Assembly: GCA_963728665.1 (NCBI GenBank)
Contig: CAVSLG010000018.1
Coordinates: 43,762 to 107,761 of the forward strand
DNA: 64,000 nt
DNA from: an uncultured Actinomycetes bacterium
GTDB taxonomy: Bacteria; Actinomycetota; UBA4738; HRBIN12
Direction: 5' to 3'
Under the pieces are notes generated by a model that did no database searches, was not told the origin of the DNA, and saw only the letters and a program-made list of their open reading frames with translations. Of this stretch, positions 45,711-53,922 are shown one piece after another. Each line of letters opens with the position of its first letter. Positions within the stretch are counted from its first letter, which is position 1. Both the position numbers and the translations under genes were made by a program.

Positions 45711-47639
45711 TCAGTTCGTTGAGCAGCCCGATGATGCGAACGCCACTGCAGCGTCGAACATCTCCCAAGCAGCAGTCGTGAAACTCACCGGTCCGTCTCG
45801 GAACACTGAAGACGACAAGCGACAGCCCCTCGCGGGACCGCCCCCCACCAACAGATCGCCAGCTTGGTAGACGAATGTGGTGGGCTTGCCGGCCACGGTC
45901 GCGATAACGTCCGCCGAGGGGCGAGGAAGGCCGAACGACTTCGTCCTGTTCTCCGGGGTCGTGAGGACCGTTCCCCGTTTGCCAGCGGCGAGCACGTGAG
46001 TTTCGTTCTCGACGACGATCGAGGGCGACGACACCGTGCCGTACTCGACGCTCGGGCATCGCCCTCGTCATCAGCATGTCGTCCAGGGCGTAGGGTTTCG
46101 CGACCCACACCGGATGCGGCACATCGCGCAGCTTCGAACCCAGGACACGGCTGTCGATCGTCGACATCACCATCACGAAGGCCGCGCCATCCGCATCGGA
46201 TGCCTGCACCGCGTTGTCGTCGACGGCCGCCACTGTGTATCCGCTGACCGAGAGTCGATCGACGACGGCAACCTCACCCCGGATCAAGCGGCTCGGGACT
46301 CCGACCACCATGACGACGTTCCCCAGCTCGGTCTCCACGATGACTTCGGCGCTATCGGACGCGGATTGGCCGAGTCGTGTCAGTCGCCAACACCGATACA
46401 GTTCGCAGGTCCATCGGTGGCAGTGGCAGCGTTCCACTCGAGGGTCCACCCGTCGGTGCCGTCCGAGTCAACTCCGATCAGGACGCCGTCGACGTAGAAA
46501 TCGACTCGCTGCACGGCCACGTCGTCAGCCGCGTCGGCGCTGATCGTTACCGTACCGCTGAGGATGTCACCGTCAGCCGGCGAAATCAGCGAGACGGTCG
46601 GCCGCTGGTCAGGAACGGGCACCGGACTTGGGCTCACGCTCAGGTACGCATCGGCCCCCATCTGCGCGTAGCCGGCCATCGATGAGGATGAGCTGTCGGT
46701 GATCCAGGGCCTGCCGTCCTTGATCTCGTCGAAGTAGATCAGTCCCTTGAGCTCGGGCCAGGTCTTGGCGGTCGCGAGCGCGTCGATGATCCACTGGCCC
46801 TTGCGACCGGGGACCGCCGGATCTTCCTGCGCTCCCCACTCCACCGCCATCCAGGGCTTGGCGTGTCGAACGGCGAAGTCCTGGGTCGGTTGGAAGACGG
46901 TCTGGAAGGAGTTCCACGTGGATCCGGGCTTCGTGGGGTAGAAGTTGTAGCCGTCGCTGCCGATCAGGTCGACGTGGGCGTCGCCCGGGTAGTAGTCCTC
47001 GATCGGCTTGCCTGAGCGAGGATCGAACGTCCAGGCCATCATCGTCCAGACGAACGCGACGTTATCCACGCCCTGTGCGCGGAAGACGTCGACCACGTGC
47101 CGGAACGCGGCGGCGTACTCGGCGGGGGTGCCCCAGGTCGCGAGGTCGTCCTCGGGCTCGTGATGCAGAGAGAGGTAGACGGGCACCCCGAACGCCTCGA
47201 TCGCATCCGCCCTCGCGATGATCGCCGCGTCTTCGGCCCCAGAGGCGATCCTGGACCACGTGATCGCCTGACCGTTCTGGCGCTGCGCCTTCCAGTTCAA
47301 GAACGGGATCCGCCCCTGGCCCACCGTCCAGGCCTCGTGGGCCCCGGGGAAGTTCGAGTCCCACTTGTAGTACTGATGGTCGATCGCGAACCGACGCCCG
47401 ATCTGGGACTCCACCCGCACGATCGCGTCGGCGCGAGACTCACCGGCACGGGGAGCGACCCAGCTCCCGAAGTAGGCACCGGACGAGGGGATGAGGACGG
47501 CGGGCGGGGGAGCCGCCCGCGATGCCCCGGAGAACAGGCCTTGAGTGAGCGCGAGGGAGACGAGGGTCGCAGACAGGAAGAGTGCGAAAGACGCTCGCGG
47601 TCTCATCGACCGCGGCTCGCGACGTTGCGTGGAACTCAT
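45711..47639 (-). CDS. Secreted GH26-like glycoside hydrolase (cassette copy D) followed by an Ig-like domain and CTM. The C-terminal part has frameshifts (possible pseudogene).
   Basis: Signal peptide ASFALFLSATLVSLALTQG. The catalytic domain is identical to B and C. Then Ig-like (PTVSLISPADGDILSGTVTISADAADDVAVQRVDFYV...). The CTM is split between frames 45691..46449 (...LIRGEVAVVDRLSVSGYTVAAVDDNAVQASDADGAAFVMVMST...) and 45711..46034 (...GCRLSSSVFRDGPVSFTTAAWEMFDAAVAFASSGCSTN). Confidence 0.6.
46656..47486. repeat. About 0.83 kb GH26-like cassette DNA repeat, copy D
   Basis: See copy B. Confidence 0.8.
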
Positions 47640-48109
47640 GCGTGTCCCTCCCTTGCCGCCTCAACGCTGGAGGCGAGCTTTGAGGATGGCCCCGTGGGGC
47701 AGATCAGGGTGGCGATCGCCACCGCGTGATGTCCTGGGTTCGCGTGGGAAGCGCCCTCAAGCTCTCGAGATCGGGTGAGCTCGTGGGGCGACGATGCGGC
47801 GGCTACGGGAGTTTCGGCGCCACCATTCTCGTAGCCTTTGCCCGCGGTCGGTCCGCGAACATATGCTCGACCTCCGATAGAGAGGATGCTTCGGTCGTCG
47901 GGATGCGCATGGATCCGCCCCCTTCCCGCCGTCCTACTCTGACGGCTCTCTTGCCGAGCGCCTACCCGGCCGGCTTGGTCGCCGTGTCCCCGACAAAGGG
48001 AATCCCACCGACACCATCGTGCGTGCCCGGTGGGAACTCCCCAACCCTACACAAGAGGAAGGAATCGTCAAACCAGCGCTGAAGCTCTCGTGGCCGCGTG
48101 ACGACGCGG

Positions 48110-48565
48110 TCAGACGAACGGCTTCTCCTGGCCCCCGAGACCCATGCCCACGAGCAACCCGGCGCCCAGCCCGCCGTTCACGACCGCGAGCGTCCAGAAC
48201 GGCCACGCGTCGGCACCCTCGGGTACCCCGAAGACCGCGTTGATCGCGAAGACGGTTGCGGTGCCGACCTCGAGCACGGCGAACGCCCACGACCACCACC
48301 AGAGCTCGTCGATCTTCTGGGCGACGAGCACCATCAACAGCGCCAGCACGACTCCCATCACTGCGGCAGCCCGGACCCACACGTAGTCGGCGAGCACGGG
48401 CTGGCCGAAGAGGCCTTCCAGCACCCAGCGGGGGAACAGCCCGACCGCCACGCTCCACACGAGCCACAGCGCGGCCTGCACCTTCAGCAACCGTCGCAGA
48501 AGCTTCACGAGCGTCGTCCTTTCCCGGGTGGGCCGGGTTTCGAGCGGTTGGTAGGATACGCGCAC
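48110..48565 (-). CDS. Hypothetical small integral membrane protein
   Basis: 151-aa ORF with 3-4 hydrophobic helices (ALWLVWSVAVGLF, AAAVMGVVLALLMVLVA, WSWAFAVLEVGTATVFAINAVFG, WTLAVVNGGLGAGLLVGMGL). Confidence 0.45.
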   Translation of the reverse strand: MRVSYQPLETRPTRERTTLVKLLRRLLKVQAALWLVWSVAVGLFPRWVLEGLFGQPVLADYVWVRAAAVMGVVLALLMVLVAQKIDELWWWSWAFAVLEVGTATVFAINAVFGVPEGADAWPFWTLAVVNGGLGAGLLVGMGLGGQEKPFV

Positions 48566-48630
48566 CGCGGAGCACCCCTTCGCTCAGCGCGTCGGCGCGC
48601 GGCTTCCGCACCGTTTCCGTCTCTGAGAGG

Positions 48631-48821
48631 ACGCAGCATGCAACGAGCGCTCAAGTACCGAAGGGGTAGCGCATGATCGATGCGCTCAAGTACCGAAGGG
48701 GTAGCGCATGAACGACGCGCTCAAGTACCGAAGGGGTAGCGCATGATCGACGCGCTCAAGTACCGAAGGGGTAGCGCATGAACGACGCGCTCAAGTACCG
48801 AAGGGGTAGCGCATGATCGAT
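48631..48821 (+). repeat. Tandem 35-bp repeat (about 5.5 copies) reiterating the Shine-Dalgarno, ATG and first codons of the downstream gene
   Basis: Unit GCGCTCAAGTACCGAAGGGGTAGCGCATGA(T/A)CGA(T/C). Copies start at 48647, 48682, 48717, 48752 and 48787. The last copy supplies the real ATG at 48813. Each earlier ATG opens a 12-codon mini-ORF M(I/N)DALKYRRGSA whose TGA overlaps the next ATG (ATGA). Confidence 0.9.
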
Positions 48822-50210
48822 GGACCCAGGGTCGCGGTCATCGGCCTCGACTGCGGTGCGCCGAAGCTCCTGTTCGAGGACCTCGCCGACGAGGTGCCGA
48901 ACCTGCGGAAGATCTTCGCCAACGGCATGTACGGCGACCTCGCGAGCATCACGCCGCCGATCACCGTGCCGGCGTGGGCATGCGCGATGACCGGCAAGAC
49001 CCCCGGTCAGCTCGGCATCTACGGCTTCCGCAACCGCAAGGACACGAGCTACGACGGCCTGCAGGTCGCGACGTCGCTCTCGGTGAAGGAGCCGGCCGTC
49101 TGGGACGCGCTCGGGGGCGCCGGCAAGCGTTCCCTGTTGATCGGGGTGCCGCCCGGGTTCCCACCTCCGAAGGAGTTCCCCGGCTGGCGCGTGGCCTGTT
49201 TCCTCACGCCGCCGAGCGCCGATCGCTACGCGTTCCCCGCCGAGCTCGAGACCGAGATCTCAGAAGAGCTGGGCGAGAACGATTACATCTTCGACATCCC
49301 GAACTTCCGCCAGCAGGGCCCCGACTTCGTGATGGACCAGATCTTCAAGATGACGGAGCGGCGGTTCCAGGTGGCGAGGCGCCTGATCAAGAACAAGCCC
49401 TGGGACTTCTTCATGATGGTCGAGATGGGCCTGGACCGGCTGCATCACTGCTTCTGGCAGTTCTACGACCCGCAGCACCCGCTCTACGAGGCCGGCAACA
49501 AGTACGAGACGGCGTTCCACGACTACTACCGCTTCCTCGACCAGCAGGTGGGCACCCTGCTCGAGGTGCTGCCGGAGGACGTCGTCACGATCGCGATGAG
49601 CGACCACGGCGCGCGCCCCATGATGGGGGGCCTCTGCTTCAACGACTGGCTGATCCAAGAGGGGTACCTCGTCCTGAAGGAGCCGGTGCGCGAGATCACA
49701 CCGATCGCGAAGGCCGACATCGACTGGAACCGCACGGTGGCATGGGGCGACGGCGGCTACTACGGGCGCTGCTTCCTGAACATCAAGGGCCGCGAGCCCA
49801 ACGGCATCCTCGAGCCGGCGCAGTACGAGACGCTGCGCAACGAGATGATCGCGAAGCTCGAGGCCCTGCCCGGCCCCGACGGCCGCCCGATGGGCACCAC
49901 GGTGCACAAGCCGCAGGACGTCTACTCCGAGGTCCGCGGCGTGGCGCCCGACCTGATCGTGTACTTCGGCGACCTCGATTGGCGCTCGGTGGGTGCCGTC
50001 GGCAACCCCAGCATCTACACGTTCGAGAACGACACGGGTACCGACGGCGCCAACCACGACCGCACCGCGTTCTTCTCCATGGTCAACCTTCCCGGGCAGG
50101 CGATGGGCCGTGTGGAGGGCATGAACCTGGTCGACGTCGGCCCGTCGATCCTGTCCCTGTACGACATCGAGGCGCCGGCCGGCGCCGTCGGAAGGAGCTT
50201 CCTGCAGTGA
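48813..50210 (+). CDS. Type I phosphodiesterase / nucleotide pyrophosphatase (NPP) family enzyme of the alkaline-phosphatase superfamily. Cytoplasmic, with no signal peptide.
   Basis: VAVIGLDCGAPKLL (metal-site Asp) and PPITVPAWACAMTGKTPGQ, which matches the NPP PTxTxPNHxxxxTG nucleophile-Thr motif. MSDHGARP (HG metal ligands). Intact 465-aa ORF. Confidence 0.8.
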   Translation: MIDGPRVAVIGLDCGAPKLLFEDLADEVPNLRKIFANGMYGDLASITPPITVPAWACAMTGKTPGQLGIYGFRNRKDTSYDGLQVATSLSVKEPAVWDALGGAGKRSLLIGVPPGFPPPKEFPGWRVACFLTPPSADRYAFPAELETEISEELGENDYIFDIPNFRQQGPDFVMDQIFKMTERRFQVARRLIKNKPWDFFMMVEMGLDRLHHCFWQFYDPQHPLYEAGNKYETAFHDYYRFLDQQVGTLLEVLPEDVVTIAMSDHGARPMMGGLCFNDWLIQEGYLVLKEPVREITPIAKADIDWNRTVAWGDGGYYGRCFLNIKGREPNGILEPAQYETLRNEMIAKLEALPGPDGRPMGTTVHKPQDVYSEVRGVAPDLIVYFGDLDWRSVGAVGNPSIYTFENDTGTDGANHDRTAFFSMVNLPGQAMGRVEGMNLVDVGPSILSLYDIEAPAGAVGRSFLQ

Positions 50211-50833
50211 GCGAGCAGCAAGGGTTCACCGTCTGGTTCACGGGCCTCTCGGGATCGGGCAAGTCCACGATCGCCGAGATGCTCTTCCACGAGTTCCAGG
50301 CACGAGGATTCAAGACCGAGATCCTCGACGGCGACGAAGTGCGCAAGAACCTCTCGAAGGGCCTCGGGTTCTCGAAGGAGGATCGCGACACCAACATCCT
50401 GCGCATCGGGTTCGTCGCGAACCTGCTCACCCGCAACGGCGTGGTGACGATCTGCTGCCCCATCAGCCCCTACAAGGAGACGCGCGACGCGTGCCGCGAG
50501 CAGATCGGCGAGTTCGTCGAGGTCTACGTGCACGCGACGGTCGACGAGATCGCCGCGAACCGCGATCCCAAGGGCCTCTACAAGAAGGCGCTGGCGGGCG
50601 AGATCACCGGGTTCACCGGCGTCGACGACCCTTACGAGGTGCCCGTGGATCCGGAGATCACTGTCGACACGCTCTCGCAGACCCCCGAGGAGTCGCTGCA
50701 GCACGTGCTCACCCGGCTGAAGGAGCTCGGTCGTCTCGAGGACGACGACGTGCACGTCACGGGCGACCGGGTGCACTCGGGCCTCACCGACCTGCGTGTC
50801 AGCGAGGCCGGCACGGTCGTCAAGGAGCACTGA
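50207..50833 (+). CDS. cysC: Adenylylsulfate (APS) kinase
   Basis: GTG start overlapping the upstream stop (GTGA). SD gaaggag 10 nt upstream. P-loop VWFTGLSGSGKSTIA. The full length is APS-kinase-like (...DGDEVRKNLSKGLGFSKEDRDTNILRIGFVA...). Confidence 0.9.
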   Translation: MSEQQGFTVWFTGLSGSGKSTIAEMLFHEFQARGFKTEILDGDEVRKNLSKGLGFSKEDRDTNILRIGFVANLLTRNGVVTICCPISPYKETRDACREQIGEFVEVYVHATVDEIAANRDPKGLYKKALAGEITGFTGVDDPYEVPVDPEITVDTLSQTPEESLQHVLTRLKELGRLEDDDVHVTGDRVHSGLTDLRVSEAGTVVKEH

Positions 50834-50834
50834 C

Positions 50835-52253
50835 TCAGGGGTCGGGGACCGCGGCGACCCGCAGCGCGAGCTCGAGGTGCGCCGACAGGAAGTGCGGGGC
50901 GAGGAATCTGCTGCGTACCCGCTGGCGGGCGCCGTGACCGATCTCGACGGCGAGCTGTTCGTCGCGCAGCAGCGTCGAGAGCGCCTCGCCGAACGCGGGC
51001 AGGTCGGTGGGGTCGACGAGCAGGCCGCTCTTGCCGTGCACGATCTGCTCGGCGATGCCGCCGAGCCGTGACCCGACGACCGGGCGCTCCTTCCACATCG
51101 CCTCGGTCACGGTCAGGCCGAACCCCTCGGCAAGGCTCTTCTGCACCACGACGTCGGCGCGTCGCTGCAGCGCGTTCACGACCACCGCGTTCTCGGTGAG
51201 GTCGTGCACGGGAAGGCTCGCGAGATGGGTGCGAGCTCGGTCGTGGGGGAGCAATCCCTGCCACGCCGTGCTCACCTGGGCCAGCACCTCCGCCCCTTCA
51301 GGGTCGTCCGACACCGCGTCGACCTGGGGTCCGGCGAGCACGAGGTGTGCCCCCGTGTCGAGCGGCACCTCGGTCGCGAAGCCCGTCAGCACGCCGATCG
51401 GATCCTTCAGCCGGTCCCACCGCGAGACCTGGACCACGAGTGGGGCCGTGGCGGGCACGGGCGCCTCCTCGAGCATCGTGGCGGCTCGAGCGACACGGAT
51501 CGTGCTCCCGTCGGCGAGCGGCACGGTCGGATCGCCCACGGGCGCCTCGATCACGCCGGCGGCAGCCAGCACGGCCTCGACCGTACGGTTGTCGATCGGC
51601 ACGTTCTTCGGCGCGCTGGCATCGATGCAGGGCGGGATGACCGAGACGCGGGAAGGATCGAGCCCGTCCCATGCGTACACCGGCCGCGTGAACACCGTGG
51701 CGGCGGCGGCTCGCGCGTCGTCGAGCAGGAACGCCCAGGCGTCACGAGCGAGATCGTTCGCGACGTCGATGCCGACGTGGCAGACCCAGATCACGTGCGC
51801 CCCGCGCGACACGAGCTGCGACGTGAGTCCGACGGTCTGGGGGTCGTGCAGCACGACCACGTCGCCCGGTCGCACCAGGGCCTCGATCGGGCCGCGCTCA
51901 CGCTCCAGCGCTGCGTCGTAGACGGCGCGCTGCTCGGGCCCGAGCGGTCCGCCGTCGCCCGCGGCGCCGTGCAGCCGGTTGTGGATGCGCTTGGTGACCT
52001 CGAAGAACGAAGGATCGCCCTCGATCACCATCCACCTCGTATCGACGTCGGCGGACACCACGTACCCGAGCAGGGCGTGCAGCAGCTCGGCGACGCCGCC
52101 GCCCTCGGAGGTGGAGTTCACGTGCCACCACGTTCGTCCGCGGAAGCCCTCTGCGGCATCGGCGAGCGCTCGCTGATAGCGGAGCAGGTCGCCGGGCTCG
52201 ATCAGGTCGGCGAACCCGTCGGGGCGCTGCGGTGCGATCGGAACCTCGTGCAT
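50835..52253 (-). CDS. GT4 family glycosyltransferase (trehalose synthase TreT-like)
   Basis: N-terminal WHVNSTSEGGGVAELL (the NST.FGGGVAE motif of TreT-like enzymes). C-terminal GT-B signature EGFGLTVTEAMWKERPVVGSRLGGIAEQIVHGKSGLLVDP. Intact 473 aa. Confidence 0.75.
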   Translation of the reverse strand: MHEVPIAPQRPDGFADLIEPGDLLRYQRALADAAEGFRGRTWWHVNSTSEGGGVAELLHALLGYVVSADVDTRWMVIEGDPSFFEVTKRIHNRLHGAAGDGGPLGPEQRAVYDAALERERGPIEALVRPGDVVVLHDPQTVGLTSQLVSRGAHVIWVCHVGIDVANDLARDAWAFLLDDARAAAATVFTRPVYAWDGLDPSRVSVIPPCIDASAPKNVPIDNRTVEAVLAAAGVIEAPVGDPTVPLADGSTIRVARAATMLEEAPVPATAPLVVQVSRWDRLKDPIGVLTGFATEVPLDTGAHLVLAGPQVDAVSDDPEGAEVLAQVSTAWQGLLPHDRARTHLASLPVHDLTENAVVVNALQRRADVVVQKSLAEGFGLTVTEAMWKERPVVGSRLGGIAEQIVHGKSGLLVDPTDLPAFGEALSTLLRDEQLAVEIGHGARQRVRSRFLAPHFLSAHLELALRVAAVPDP

Positions 52254-52298
52254 CGGAGCATCATGCCAACCCGGGGCGACGAACGGTGGACCTGCGGG

Positions 52299-53807
52299 AT
52301 GCTCGGAGGGGCTACGCTCGGTGTCGTGGAGGGATTCGACGCGATCGTGTGCGGCGGCGGCACGGCAGGGTCGGTCGTCGCGGCGCACCTCGTCGAGTCG
52401 GGTCGCCGAGTGCTGGTGCTCGAGGCCGGACCCGATCACGGTCCGTTCGCCGACGGCCAGTGGCCACCCGAGCTGCTCGATGCCCGCACGATCCCCCGCT
52501 CGCACGACTGGGGCTACACGTCGGTCGATGAGCTGCCCGGTCGCTCGCTCGACTTCGAGCGAGCGCGGGTGATCGGGGGATGCTCCGCCCACAACGGGTG
52601 CACGGCCTCGTGGGGACACCGCGCGGACTACGACGCCTGGGCATCGCTCGGGCTCGAAGGTTGGGGCGCCGACGACCTGCTGCCGCTGTTCGAGCAGGCT
52701 TCGTCGCAACTGCGAGTGCGGCGGTTCGCCGACGATGAGATCGCGCCGTTCCACCGGGGGTTCATCGAGGCCGGCACGGCGCTGGGATTCCCCGAGGTCG
52801 ACGACCTGGAGTCGCTCGACGGGGGCGTCGGGGTCTGCGCCGAGCCGTCGAATAGCCCCGACGGGGTGCGCTGGAACACCGCGTTCGCCTACCTCGACCC
52901 CGTTCGGGAGCGGCCGGAGCTCACGGTGCGGGGAGACACGGTGGTCGACCGCGTGATCGTCGAGTCGGGACGCGTGGTCGGGGTGGCGGCGCTCGGGCCC
53001 GAGGGGGTCGTCGCGTTCCGCGGTGGCCTCGTCGTGGTGAGCGCCGGCACGTACGGCACACCGGCCGTGCTGCTTCGCAGCGGCATCGGGCCTGCCGAGG
53101 GGCTCAGGGAACGCGGCGTGGCCGTCATCGCGGACCTCCCCGTGGGCCGGAACCTGCACGATCACCCGAGCTTCGAGCTGTCGTTCGCGCCGAGCGACGA
53201 GCTGCGACGCCGGACCGCCGCGTTCGAGGCGACCGGGCGGGTGGTGCCCGACGAGCAGGGCTTCGCGAAGGGCGAGAGCGGCCGTGCCCAGGCGCAGGGT
53301 GAGCCGTTCGACCTGCACGTGTTCCCCGAGATCGCGATGGACGGACGTCTCGGCGTGTTCGTGGCCCTTCTCACCCCGCGCTCGCGCGGAGCGCTGACGC
53401 TCCGCGGTCTCGACCCGGAGGCCGCGCCCAGGCTCGATCACGCCTACCTCGCCGACGCTGAGGGACACGATCTCGAGGCGCTCGTCGACGGCGCGGAGCT
53501 GGCACGGGCGTTCGCCGCCACCGAGCCGTTCGCCTCGCTGCTCGACCGCGAGCTGGAACCCGGGCCGACCGCGCCGGCGCGACACGACCTGCGCGACGCG
53601 GTCCGGGCAGGAGTGATCCACTACTGGCACCCGGTGGGCACGTGCGCGATGGGGACGGTCACCGACGCCGACGGGCACGTGATAGGGGTCGACGGACTCG
53701 TCGTCGCCGATGCCTCGCTCATGCCGATCACCCCCCGGGCGACGACGAACATCCCCACGGTGGTCGTGGCCGAACGGATCGGGCGTGCGCTCGCTCGGGT
53801 GCCCTGA
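52299..53807 (+). CDS. GMC family oxidoreductase (choline dehydrogenase/cholesterol oxidase ChoD-like)
   Basis: FDAIVCGGGTAGSVVAAHL...LVLEAGPD (FAD-binding). GMC signature GGCSAHNGC. C-terminal HPVGTCAMG...VVADASLMP. It sits upstream of guaB3-guaA as in mycobacterial choD-guaB3-guaB2 regions. Confidence 0.8.
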   Translation: MLGGATLGVVEGFDAIVCGGGTAGSVVAAHLVESGRRVLVLEAGPDHGPFADGQWPPELLDARTIPRSHDWGYTSVDELPGRSLDFERARVIGGCSAHNGCTASWGHRADYDAWASLGLEGWGADDLLPLFEQASSQLRVRRFADDEIAPFHRGFIEAGTALGFPEVDDLESLDGGVGVCAEPSNSPDGVRWNTAFAYLDPVRERPELTVRGDTVVDRVIVESGRVVGVAALGPEGVVAFRGGLVVVSAGTYGTPAVLLRSGIGPAEGLRERGVAVIADLPVGRNLHDHPSFELSFAPSDELRRRTAAFEATGRVVPDEQGFAKGESGRAQAQGEPFDLHVFPEIAMDGRLGVFVALLTPRSRGALTLRGLDPEAAPRLDHAYLADAEGHDLEALVDGAELARAFAATEPFASLLDRELEPGPTAPARHDLRDAVRAGVIHYWHPVGTCAMGTVTDADGHVIGVDGLVVADASLMPITPRATTNIPTVVVAERIGRALARVP

Positions 53808-53922
53808 GGGCGTCTGCTACCCTTCCGGCATGTAGGGAGTGACGCCCATCGGGGAACCGGTGGGCGTCCTGCGTTCGTGGGCGGTTCGACAGCTGGCGGC
53901 GAGACCGAGGGTGGGGGAAGAC

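Noticed and set aside
48631-48821. A CRISPR array, considered because of the regular 35-bp periodicity
   Set aside because: The units are contiguous with no unique spacers. The repeat contains an SD+ATG and merges into a gene start. No cas genes are nearby.
51204-52298. N-terminal 365 aa of the 867-aa plus-strand ORF fused to the GMC oxidoreductase
   Set aside because: This part is antisense to the GT4 gene and lacks motifs. The GMC FAD motif begins right after the internal ATG at 52299.
50835-53678. 947-aa minus-strand ORF spanning the GT4 gene and running antisense through the GMC oxidoreductase
   Set aside because: Only the 3' 473 codons (50835-52253) encode a recognizable GT4. The upstream 470 codons are antisense to a clearly real GMC oxidoreductase on the plus strand and are R/G/E-rich junk.
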